A DNA stretch of 64,000 nucleotides from assembly GCA_963695625.1 (NCBI GenBank), contig CAVOHJ010000004.1, positions 381,743 through 445,742 on the forward strand, given 5' to 3'. Of the stretch, positions 46,575 through 55,676 are shown one piece after another; position 1 is the stretch's first letter, and every line of letters begins with the position of its first letter. Source of the stretch: an uncultured Actinomycetota bacterium (lineage in GTDB: Bacteria; Actinomycetota; Thermoleophilia; Solirubrobacterales; Solirubrobacteraceae). The position numbers were made by a program, and so were the translations under genes. Under the pieces are notes generated by a model. It searched no databases, was not told where the DNA came from, and saw only the letters and a list, made by a program, of their open reading frames with translations.

Positions 46575-46613
46575 CTGGGAGATGTTTCCAATGACGTTGG
46601 AAACATCTCCCAG
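46575..46613. repeat. Perfect 17-bp inverted repeat with a 5-nt loop
   Basis: CTGGGAGATGTTTCCAA-TGACG-TTGGAAACATCTCCCAG read directly. Noticeably AT-richer than its surroundings. A related GGAAATTTTCC palindrome lies at 46695-46705. Confidence 0.9.
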
Positions 46614-46757
46614 AACCTTCGCGCACGTCGCAGGTCACGCCCTATGATGCGCACCGCAACCCGGCGGGGTGTGGCGGGTTAGCACCATGGGGGCTGGAAA
46701 TTTTCCGCGTCCCCTGCAAGGATCAAAAAAGAGGACCGCAACGACCGGGGGACTGGG

Positions 46758-49645
46758 ATGCCGGGGATCAGGCTGGTGGACGTGCGCGCTGCGCTCGCAG
46801 CGCTCGGATTGGCGGGGCTCGCCGCGCTTGCGGTGGCCATCACGACGCACCTTCCGATGCCCGCGCCCAGCGGGCCCGCGACGCACACGAGCAGCGCGGG
46901 CCTCAGCCGGCTCCAGTCGCTGCCCCTCCAGGCGCAGTCGCTCATCTCCTCGACCATCGCCGCCGACAGTCGCGCGTTCACCGCGCGGCGCACCGCCTCC
47001 GGGTGGGGCCTCAGCGGTGGCGGCGTGCGCGCCGACTTCCGCTCCGGCGCGCCGGTGATGCGCACCGCCGCCGGCACGCTGTCGCTGTCGCTCGCGGGCG
47101 TCCCCGCGCCGACCTCGGTCACCGCGCACGGCAACCGGGTCACGCTCACGCGGCCCGGCATCCGCGAGTGGTACGCCGCGGGCCCGCTCGGCATCGAGCA
47201 GGGGTTCACGCTCGCCCACCGTCCCGGCGGGACGCCGCGGCGCATGAGGTCACGCTCGCGCTCGCGGTGGGCGGCTCGCTGCGCGCGCAGGCGGCCGGTT
47301 CCGCCGTGAACTTCGTGGGATCGCGCGGCGACGATCGCGGCGCGGTACGGGGGCCTGACCGCGTTCGACGCCGCCGGGCACCGCGCGCTGCCCAGCGCGC
47401 TGCGCGTCAAGGACGGGCGCGTGCTCATCGCGGTCAACGACCGCGGCGCGCGCTACCCGATCACGATCGACCCGCTCGTCCAGCAGGGCGGCAAGCTGGT
47501 TCCCAACGACGTGACGCCGGGCAGTTCGGGCAGCCAGTTCGGCGACGCCGTCGCGATCTCGACCGACGGGAACACCGCTCTCATCGGCGCCCAGATCGAC
47601 AACTCGCAGCATGGGCGCGGCCTGGGTCTTCACGCGCTCAGGCGGGGTGTGGAGCCAGCTGGGCCGAAGATCGCTCCCCAGTGACGAGACCGGCGACGCG
47701 CGAATTCGGCACCAGCGTCGCGCTGTCGGCGGACGGCAACACCGCGCTGATCGGAGGCGAGCTGGACACGCCAACGCCTCCGGAACGGCGCTGCGTGGGT
47801 CTTCGTCCGGTCGGGGTCGACCTACACCGAGCAGGCACGAAGCTGACCGCCGACCGGCGCCACCGGCGCGGGTCGGATCAGTTCGGCGCACAGCGTCGCC
47901 CTGTCGTCCAACGGCAACACGGCGCTTGTCGGCGGCCCGAACAACCCGGTGCCGGCGCCGGCAATACGGGGGCGCGGCCTGGGTGTTCACGCGCACCGGG
48001 TCGACTTGGAGCATGCTGGGCGGCAAGATCGACCCCGACCGTCGCCCCCGGCGCAACAACCCAGCCACTTCGGCGACGGCGGTCGCGCTGTCGGCCGATG
48101 GCAGCACCGCGCTCATCGGCGGCCCGGGCGACAACGCCGGGGACGGGCGCCGTCTGGGTGTACACCCGCAGCGGCTCGACCTTCGTCGCCCCGCCGGCAC
48201 CGCTCCCTGCGACCGGACGAGATCCGTGCCACTCTGCGGTTCGGCAGCGTCGGTCGCCTCGTCGGCGGACGGCACCACGGCGTCTTGGTCGGACGCGAAC
48301 GACAACAACGCCATGGGCGGGGCGCGGCCTGGGTGTTCACCGGCTCCGGCGCCACCTGGACCCAGCAGGCGAAGCTCGTCCCGAACGACGCGAGCGCGAC
48401 CGGCTGACTTCGGCACCAGCGTCGCGATCTCGTCAGACGGCAACACCGCTCTGATCGGCGCCGACCGATGACTCGAACATGATCGGCGCGGCGTATCTCT
48501 TCACGCGTTCGGCGGGCGTGTGGAGCGCGAGCAGCAGAGGCTGCACCGGCTCCGGGGAGGTCGGGTTCGGGTTCTTCGGCACCAGCGTCGCTCTGTCGTC
48601 CGACGGCCAGACCGCGATGATCGGCGCCCCGGGCGACACGTCCGAAACGGGAGCGGCGTTCGTCTTCGCACCGCCGACGCCGGTCTGCAACAGCGTCGCG
48701 GCGACCGCGCCCGCAGGGCGGCGGCGCGGTGGCCGTCTCGCTCTCGTGCACGCTGCCGTTCGGCGCCCATCCCGAACTTCTCGATCCTGGGCGGACCGAG
48801 CAACGGACACGTCACCGGGTTCAACGCGGCGACCGGCCAGCTCACCTACACGCTCGGCGGCGTTCTTCTCAGGTCAGGACTCGTTCACCTACCGCGTGAG
48901 CGACCAGTGGGGCATCTCGAACATCGCCACGGCGACGCTGACGACCCCGTTCCTGCCCGTCCCGACGTGCTCCAACGTGACGGCCAGGGGCAAGAAGGGC
49001 GCGACCAAGGTGACGGTCACGCTCAAGTGCAAGGGCCCCGCCGGCCACCCGTTCACCTACGGGATCGTGAGCAAGCCGAGCAGCGGCAAGCTCGGCAAGA
49101 TCAACCAATCAAACGGCAAGGTCACGTACACGACGCACGTGGGCTTCAGCGGCGCAGACCGATTCGTGTACAACGCGACGAACTCCGGGGGCTCCTCGAA
49201 GGCGGCCACAGCGACGATCGTGCTGCCGAAGCTGGGCCGGATCACCTCAACATCGAGCTTTGACTCCACTCCAGGGGGGACGAGCACGGTGTTCCAGGAC
49301 ATGTTCGTCAAGACCGTGCCCGGCGGCGCGAAGGTCCTGCTGTCATGCCCCGCCAAGGGATGCCCCATCAAGCACCAGACGGCGACAGTGCCCAAGCACC
49401 GGACCTGCACCGGCAAGGGGAAGAAGCGTAAGTGCCGTCTCGTCGAGCCGAGGACGGGCACCGTGGACCTGACGCGATTCGTCGCCGGGAAGCGTGTCAA
49501 GGTCGGCGCCCAGATCATCGTCGCCGTCATCGAGAAGGGCTGGATCGGCAAGCAGTTCCAGTTCCGGATCGTCCCCAGCCACCAGCCAACGGAGAAGATC
49601 CAGACGCTGGCGCCGGGCAGCACCAAGCTCTGCCCGAGCTGCTAG
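46758..49645 (+). pseudogene. Paralog of the 41382-44204 FG-GAP/Ig-like protein, disrupted by more than ten frameshifts
   Basis: The N-terminal ~155 codons (46758 to about 47235) and C-terminal ~270 codons (about 48850-49645) align in single frames with the intact paralog. Between them the FG.SVA(L/I)S.DGNTALIGG / GAAWVFTR.G motifs hop among all three frames every 30-150 nt (for example at about 47240, 47325, 47612, 47660, 47675, 47700, 47780, 47795, 47840). Confidence 0.85.
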
Positions 49646-49976
49646 CGCAGCGCCACCTCGCGGCGCTGGTGGATCGGCGGGTTACGCCCCGCGTCCAACT
49701 GACGCCGCGAATGGTTTCGGCATCCAGCTTGCGGCGTGTGACTGCCGGTTTCCGACAGGTACACGCCACGAATCCCCAGGGCCGGTGGTTTCGGGTCTGG
49801 AATCCCCGGGCTCGCGGCGCCGCGCGGCGCGGGGCCGGCACGGCACCGCGCTGATCGGTCTAGAAATTGGGGTCACCGTGGTCTCGGGCTGATCACAGGC
49901 CGAGGATCGCCTCTGGTTAAAGTGAAGACGCAGGCGTTAGGCGCAGTTCCGGATCGAGACCAGGGGAGTCGTTCAG

Positions 49977-52190
49977 ATGGTGAGACTGAGTCGCTGGTGC
50001 ATCGCTCATCGACGTTGGGTGATCGGGGGGTGGGTGCTCATCGCGGTGCTCACGACCGTGATCGCCGGAGCCGTGGGCCGCCAGTACGCCACCGACTTCA
50101 GCCTTCCGGGGACCGAGGCCCAGCACGTCGTCGACCTACTCGGCAAGGAGTTCAAGTCCCAGAGCGGGGACGTGGACACGATCGTGTTCCACAACGCCCG
50201 CGGCACGGTCCACGACCCCGCCGTGCGCAAGGCGATCACTCCACTGCTGTCCAAGGTGGAGCAGATGCCGCACGTGGTCAGCGTCATCAGCCCCTACAGC
50301 CAGCAAGGCGCCGTTGAGGTCTCCAAGGACGGCGCCACCGCCTTCGCCACGATCAACTACGACAAGCGCGCCAACCTCCTGGCCAACAAGACCGGGCAGC
50401 CGGTGCTCGACGCCGTCGGCGCGGTCAAGGTGCCGGGGCTCAAGCTCGCCGCCGGCGGCCAGGTGATCGAGAACGCCCAGGGCTTCAACATCGGCCCGGC
50501 CACGACCGTGGGCGTGATCGCAGCGCTCATCATCCTGCTGCTCACGTTTGGCTCCCTCAGCGCCGCCGGGATGCCGCTGGTGACCGCCGGGTTCGGCCTC
50601 GTCACGGGCCTCGCGCTCGTTGGGATCGGCACCCACGTCACGAGCATGTCCAACGTCTCGCCGGAGCTGGCGGTGATGATCGGGCTCGGGGTCGGCATCG
50701 ACTACGCGCTGTTCATCGTCACGCGCTTCAAGGAGAGCTACGGGCACACCAAGGACGTGCAGAGGTCGATCGTGCAGGCGATGGACACCTCCGGGCGCGC
50801 GATCCTGCTCGCCGGCACGACGGTGGTGATCGCCCTGCTGGGCATGTTCGCCACCGGCGTGACCTTCATGTACGGGCTGTCGATCGCCTCCGTGCTTGCG
50901 GTCCTGCTCGTGCTCGCGGCCTCGCTCACGGTCCTGCCGGCCCTGCTGGCGTCCTGGGGGCACCGGGTCGTGCGGCCCACGCGCCGGGCGCGGCGCCGCA
51001 TCGAGCGCGGGGATCCCCCCCGCGAATCGACGTGGCGGCGCTGGAGCCTGCTCGTCCAAAAGCGGCCATGGCCGCTCGCCGTGGCGTCAACCGCGCTGAT
51101 GCTCGTCTTCCTCATCCCCGTGCTGGGGCTGCGGCTGGACTCAAGCGACGCCGGAAACGACCCATCCAGCACGAGCACCTATCGCGCCTACCACCTCCTG
51201 GCCGGCGGCTTCGGCCCCGGCTTCAACGGCCCGCTGCAGATCGCGGTGCAGATGTCCGATCCGGCGCAGCAATCGCAGCTCGCGGCGGTGCACAGCGCCG
51301 TGGCCGGCACGCCTGACGTCGTGGCCGTGACCGCGCCGCGGCTGTCGCCATCGGGCAGGGTCGCGGTGATGGAGGCCTATCCGGCCTCGGCGCCCCAGGC
51401 CCAGGCGACGACCGACCTCGTCAACCACCTGCGCGACGACGTCCTGCCGCCCTTCAAGAAGAACTTCGGCGCGCGGCCGCTCGTCGGCGGCTTCACCGCG
51501 GGCTCGATCGACTTCTCTCACGTGCTAGCCGGGAAGCTGCCGCTGTTCATCGGCATTGTGGTCGTGCTCTCGGCCCTGCTGTTGTTCGTCATCTTCCGCT
51601 CGCTGGTCATCCCGGTGCAGGCGGCGCTGATGAACCTCCTGAGCATCGGCGGCGCGCTGGGCGTCACGGTCGTCGTCTTCCAGAACGGGTTCCTCGCCGG
51701 TGCGCTGGGCGTTACCCCGGGACCGGTCGAACCATGGATACCCGTGCTCATGTTCGCGGTGGTGTTCGGCCTCTCCATGGACTACGAGGTGTTCCTCATC
51801 TCCCGCGTGCGCGAGGAGTGGGTGCGCCGGCGCGATGCCAGCCGCGCGGTGGCCGACGGCATCGCCTACACCGGGAAGGTGATCAGCGCCGCGGCGGCGA
51901 TCATGGTCTGCGTGTTCCTGTCGTTCATGCTGGGGGACCAGCGGTCGATCAAGGAGTTCGGCTTCGGGCTTGCCGCCGCCGTGTTCCTCGACGCCATCGT
52001 GGTCCGGTGCGTGCTGCTGCCGGCGGTGCTCGAGATCCTCGGCCCGCGCACGTGGTGGCTGCCGGCGTGGATCGACCGGCGGCTGCCGCGGATCCGGATC
52101 GAGGGCCATGCGGCCGAGGAGGACGCGCTGGACGAGCAGCTCTCACGCGACGAGGCGCCGTTCCCGGACCCCACGCCGTTCCGGAGCTGA
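49977..52190 (+). CDS. MMPL family (RND superfamily) membrane transporter
   Basis: 737 aa. Two 6-TM bundles with intervening soluble loops. ...GIDYALFIVTRF... and ...LSMDYEVFLISRVREE... are MMPL signatures. Confidence 0.92.
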   Translation: MVRLSRWCIAHRRWVIGGWVLIAVLTTVIAGAVGRQYATDFSLPGTEAQHVVDLLGKEFKSQSGDVDTIVFHNARGTVHDPAVRKAITPLLSKVEQMPHVVSVISPYSQQGAVEVSKDGATAFATINYDKRANLLANKTGQPVLDAVGAVKVPGLKLAAGGQVIENAQGFNIGPATTVGVIAALIILLLTFGSLSAAGMPLVTAGFGLVTGLALVGIGTHVTSMSNVSPELAVMIGLGVGIDYALFIVTRFKESYGHTKDVQRSIVQAMDTSGRAILLAGTTVVIALLGMFATGVTFMYGLSIASVLAVLLVLAASLTVLPALLASWGHRVVRPTRRARRRIERGDPPRESTWRRWSLLVQKRPWPLAVASTALMLVFLIPVLGLRLDSSDAGNDPSSTSTYRAYHLLAGGFGPGFNGPLQIAVQMSDPAQQSQLAAVHSAVAGTPDVVAVTAPRLSPSGRVAVMEAYPASAPQAQATTDLVNHLRDDVLPPFKKNFGARPLVGGFTAGSIDFSHVLAGKLPLFIGIVVVLSALLLFVIFRSLVIPVQAALMNLLSIGGALGVTVVVFQNGFLAGALGVTPGPVEPWIPVLMFAVVFGLSMDYEVFLISRVREEWVRRRDASRAVADGIAYTGKVISAAAAIMVCVFLSFMLGDQRSIKEFGFGLAAAVFLDAIVVRCVLLPAVLEILGPRTWWLPAWIDRRLPRIRIEGHAAEEDALDEQLSRDEAPFPDPTPFRS

Positions 52191-52198
52191 ACGGAGGC

Positions 52199-52807
52199 TC
52201 AGACCGCGGCGCGCGAGCCCCGCAGGAAGTGCGCGATGGAGTCGGTCAGGAGCTCGTCAAGCTGCTCGGGGGCCACCATGCCGCTCGTCAGCAATGACGC
52301 GATCCCTTGGATCGTCGCGAACAGGACGAACCCCACCCGCTCGGGGTCGCCGGGCTCGAGCCGCCCGTCCGCCTGGCCCTGCACGATCAGCTCCAGCATG
52401 ACGGCGAAGGCGCGCTCGGCCGCCTCCTGGAGACCCTCCGCGCCGTCACGGTGCTTGCCGGCGAACATGAGCTCCAGCAGCGCCGGGTCCCGAGTGGCGA
52501 ACCGGATGTAGGCCGCGCCGGTCTCGCGCAGGCGCGTCTCGAAGTCCTCGCCGGCATCGCGGGCGGCCGCGTTCAGCTCGCGGCGCAGCCGTTCGAAGCC
52601 GTTCTCGGCCAGGGCGTCGAGGAGGGCCTGCCGGTCGGCGAAGTGGCGCCGCGGGGCGCCGTGGCTGACGCCGACCTCGCGGGCGAGCTCGCGCAGCGAC
52701 AGCTCCTGGACGCCGCGCTCGCGCATCGTGCGCTCCGCCGCGTCCAGCAGGGCGCTGCGCAGGTTGCCGTGGTGGTAGGGGCGCTCGGGCATGGGCGGGC
52801 GAGACAT
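52199..52807 (-). CDS. TetR family transcriptional regulator
   Basis: HTH ...LSLRELAREVGVSHGAPRRHF. 202 aa. Divergent from an SDR gene. Confidence 0.92.
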   Translation of the reverse strand: MSRPPMPERPYHHGNLRSALLDAAERTMRERGVQELSLRELAREVGVSHGAPRRHFADRQALLDALAENGFERLRRELNAAARDAGEDFETRLRETGAAYIRFATRDPALLELMFAGKHRDGAEGLQEAAERAFAVMLELIVQGQADGRLEPGDPERVGFVLFATIQGIASLLTSGMVAPEQLDELLTDSIAHFLRGSRAAV

Positions 52808-52825
52808 TAGCGGACGAAGTTGCTC

Positions 52826-52860
52826 TTGACAACATTGTGGTCACCGTCTACATTGTTGTC
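52826..52860 (+). promoter_or_regulatory. Sigma70-like promoter TTGACA-N16-TACATT overlapping an inverted repeat (probable TetR operator); predicts a leaderless or near-leaderless SDR mRNA
   Basis: TTGACA at 52826-52831 and TACATT at 52848-52853. GACAACATTGT (52828-52838) versus ACATTGTTGTC (52850-52860) form an imperfect palindrome. The SDR ATG is at 52862. Confidence 0.55.
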
Positions 52861-52861
52861 C

Positions 52862-53803
52862 ATGACAGCTTTCTCCTCCTCAAGCATCCCCGACATGACG
52901 GGCACCACCGTCATCGTCACCGGCGCCAACAGCGGCATCGGCCGTGCCGCCGCGACCGCGCTGGCCGCCGCCGGCGCCCACGTGGTCCTCGCCGTGCGCA
53001 ACCTGGACAAGGGCCGCGAGGCCGCCGCGCAGATGCCCGGCAGCACCGAGGTCCGCCGGCTGGACCTCGCGAGCCTGGACTCGGTGCGCGCGTTCGCAGC
53101 CGACTGGGACGGCCCCATCGACGTCCTCATCAACAACGCCGGGATCATGATCCCGCCGCTGTCACAGACCGCGGACGGGTTCGAGATGCAGTTCGGGACC
53201 AACCACCTCGGCCACTTCGCCCTCACCAACCTGCTGCTGCCCCACATCACCGGCCGCGTGGTCACGGTCGCGTCGGGGGCGCATCGCGCCGGCCGGATCG
53301 ACTTCGACGACCTCAACTGGGAGCGCAAGCCCTACCGGGCGTGGCGCGCCTACGGACAGTCCAAGGTCGCCAACCTCCTGTTCACCGCCGAGCTGCAGCG
53401 GCGCTTGGACGCGGTGGGCTCCCCGGTGAAGGCGACCGCCGCCCATCCCGGCTACGCCGCCACCAACCTCCAGTTCCACAGCGGGAGCCGGTTCATGGAT
53501 CTGCTGTCGGCGGTCGGCAACCGGATCATCGCGCAGGATGACAAGGGCGGGTCGCTGCCGACGCTATACGCGACCGTGGCCGACATCCCGGGCAACAGCT
53601 ATGCCGGCCCGAGCGGGTTCATGGAGGGGCGGGGGGCGCCGAAGCTCGTGGGACGCTCGAGCACCGCGCAGGACATGGACGTGGCCAGGCGCCTGTGGGA
53701 CGTCTCCGAGCGGCTCACCGGTGTCAGCTTCCCGCTGACCCGGTCCCCCGAAGCTCAGGAGCGCAGCTTCTCGGGGTCCCAGCCGAGGCAGACGCAGCCG
53801 TAG
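52862..53803 (+). CDS. Short-chain dehydrogenase/reductase (SDR)
   Basis: [12 protein letters not shown] cofactor motif, NNAG, catalytic YGQSKVAN (YxxxK). Confidence 0.92.
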   Translation: MTAFSSSSIPDMTGTTVIVTGANSGIGRAAATALAAAGAHVVLAVRNLDKGREAAAQMPGSTEVRRLDLASLDSVRAFAADWDGPIDVLINNAGIMIPPLSQTADGFEMQFGTNHLGHFALTNLLLPHITGRVVTVASGAHRAGRIDFDDLNWERKPYRAWRAYGQSKVANLLFTAELQRRLDAVGSPVKATAAHPGYAATNLQFHSGSRFMDLLSAVGNRIIAQDDKGGSLPTLYATVADIPGNSYAGPSGFMEGRGAPKLVGRSSTAQDMDVARRLWDVSERLTGVSFPLTRSPEAQERSFSGSQPRQTQP

Positions 53804-55404
53804 CGCTCGCCCTTGACGTACAGCGGGACCGACAGGGTGGTCAGCACCGCGCCGGTATCGCGCGCGTAGGTCTGGAGCAGGAAGGGGCGGGAGGCGTGGC
53901 GCGGCTGGGTCAGCCGGGCCCCGGCACTGCGGATCTGCGCGCGCGTGAGCGCCTCTCCGGGCAGCTGCACGCCGAGCTCCATCCGCGACGCACGCGTCAG
54001 CGCGGCCGAATCCAGGAAGAAGCGCTTGGTGCGGTTGCCCACGAGGTCGCGCGCTGGGTCCCCGATGATGTCCTGGGAGAACACGGTGTTGTGCGCGGGC
54101 GCGTACGCGTTGAGATCGAAGGGCAGCGCGAACGTCAGCGCGGGCTCGGTCGCCAGCATCGCGTCCATGCGCTCCATCATCTGGCGGTCGACCAGAGCGT
54201 CATACGCCGTGTGGAACTTAGCCGGGGAGAAGCCCGCCGGGTCGGCCGCCGACACGTCGAACAGCCGAGCGAAGCGCGGGATCTCCTTGCCCCGCGCCTC
54301 GGTGTAGCGGAGCTCGAGAACGTCGTGGAGCGTTACGCGGCGGGAGTCGACTGCGCCCTCCAGGATCTCCTGCAGGTCGGCGGCGAGTCCCTCGCAGCGG
54401 GCGCGCAGACGGCTGAGCAGGCCGCCGGTGTCATAGCGTCCGATCAGCGTGCTCGCCCGCTCGGTCGCCGCCGAGAAGTCGAGCTGCGCCCGCGCGACGG
54501 ATCCCGCGTGGGCCTCGATCTCGGCGCTCCCCTCCATGATCGTCTGCATGCTGGCGTCAATGGCGTTGACGTCGGCGAGCTGCTGGCGGGCGAGCGCGGC
54601 GATCTGGCGGGCACGCTGGTCAGACTGACCGGCCAAACCGCCGATGCGTTCCAGCGCCTCCCGGCCGGCGCCGGCGCCGGCCGCGCTCTCGGTTGACTGG
54701 TCCCGCGCGGTCGCCGCGGCGCTGACCACGTGGTGCATCTGGGCCTGCGTGCTCGAGACGGTCTCGCGGATCTGCGCCGTCTGCGCGGCGGTCTCGGCGG
54801 CGAGCCGCTTGACCTCCTCGGCCACGACGGCAAAGCCGCGTCCGTGCTCGCCCGCGCGCGCCGCCTCGATCGCGGCGTTGAGGGCCAACAGCTTGGTCTG
54901 ACCGGCGATGCGTTCGATGATCGCGGAGAACTGCCCGATGCGGGTCAGCTCGTTGGCGGCGAGGTTCTCGACCATCTCGTGCATGCGCACGGCGTGCTCG
55001 CTGATCTCGGCGAAGGCATCGATCAGCGGGCCGATCACCTCCAGGCCGCGCGTGCTCTGGAGTGAGAGCTGCTCGCCCAGGTCCGCCGCGTCCGCGGCCG
55101 AGGCGGCGGCCTCGTCAGATGACGCCCGCAACGAGCCGGTGCGGTCGGCGACCTCCTTGAGATCGCCGCGCAGGCGCACGATCTCGTCGCCGATCTGCGA
55201 CACGGCGTTGGCGCTGCGGGCCGAGCCGCACGAGAAGTCGGCCGTGATCTGGGCCAGCTCGTCAAGCGTGCCGGCAACGTCGCGGCTCAGGTGGCCCAGT
55301 TCGTCGTCGCGCGCGGCCAGCTCGCTCAGCGGCCAGCTGCCGTCGCAGTCCACGGGCACATCAGGGTCGATGCGGTCTTCGATCGCCATCTCTGCCCCGG
55401 TCAT
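53755..55404 (-). CDS. Soluble methyl-accepting chemotaxis protein-like signalling protein with an uncharacterised C-terminal domain
   Basis: Highly conserved MCP hairpin tip ...[34 protein letters not shown]. No TM helices seen. The C-terminal ~220 aa (...RTKRFFLDS...[10 protein letters not shown]...[17 protein letters not shown]) is not a domain I can name. Confidence 0.8.
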   Translation of the reverse strand: MTGAEMAIEDRIDPDVPVDCDGSWPLSELAARDDELGHLSRDVAGTLDELAQITADFSCGSARSANAVSQIGDEIVRLRGDLKEVADRTGSLRASSDEAAASAADAADLGEQLSLQSTRGLEVIGPLIDAFAEISEHAVRMHEMVENLAANELTRIGQFSAIIERIAGQTKLLALNAAIEAARAGEHGRGFAVVAEEVKRLAAETAAQTAQIRETVSSTQAQMHHVVSAAATARDQSTESAAGAGAGREALERIGGLAGQSDQRARQIAALARQQLADVNAIDASMQTIMEGSAEIEAHAGSVARAQLDFSAATERASTLIGRYDTGGLLSRLRARCEGLAADLQEILEGAVDSRRVTLHDVLELRYTEARGKEIPRFARLFDVSAADPAGFSPAKFHTAYDALVDRQMMERMDAMLATEPALTFALPFDLNAYAPAHNTVFSQDIIGDPARDLVGNRTKRFFLDSAALTRASRMELGVQLPGEALTRAQIRSAGARLTQPRHASRPFLLQTYARDTGAVLTTLSVPLYVKGERYGCVCLGWDPEKLRS

Positions 55405-55676
55405 CGGCGGGCGGACGGCGGCGCTTTACCACCGCGCCGGTCATCTCACAAACATCTAACCGAGCCGCCGACGCAAGAAGGTCAGCTGGCGATGCGGGCG
55501 CCCAGCGTAAGGCCGGCGTGCCGAAGTTACGCCCGACCGGGCGCCCGCCTACCAGCCACCACCTGCTCCCTCCCTGCACGATGTGCCCCGGCCAGGATCA
55601 CCACCCGCGTGCCCGCGCACAGATGGACCGTTCAGCCTCACCGCCCGGACAATACACTATTAGATGGTTTGTTGAG

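Noticed and set aside
47240-48850. Programmed ribosomal frameshifting or phase variation as the explanation for the FG-GAP paralog frame hops
   Set aside because: There are far too many shifts (more than 10), in both directions, with no slippery heptamers or long tracts. Indel error or pseudogenisation is more parsimonious.
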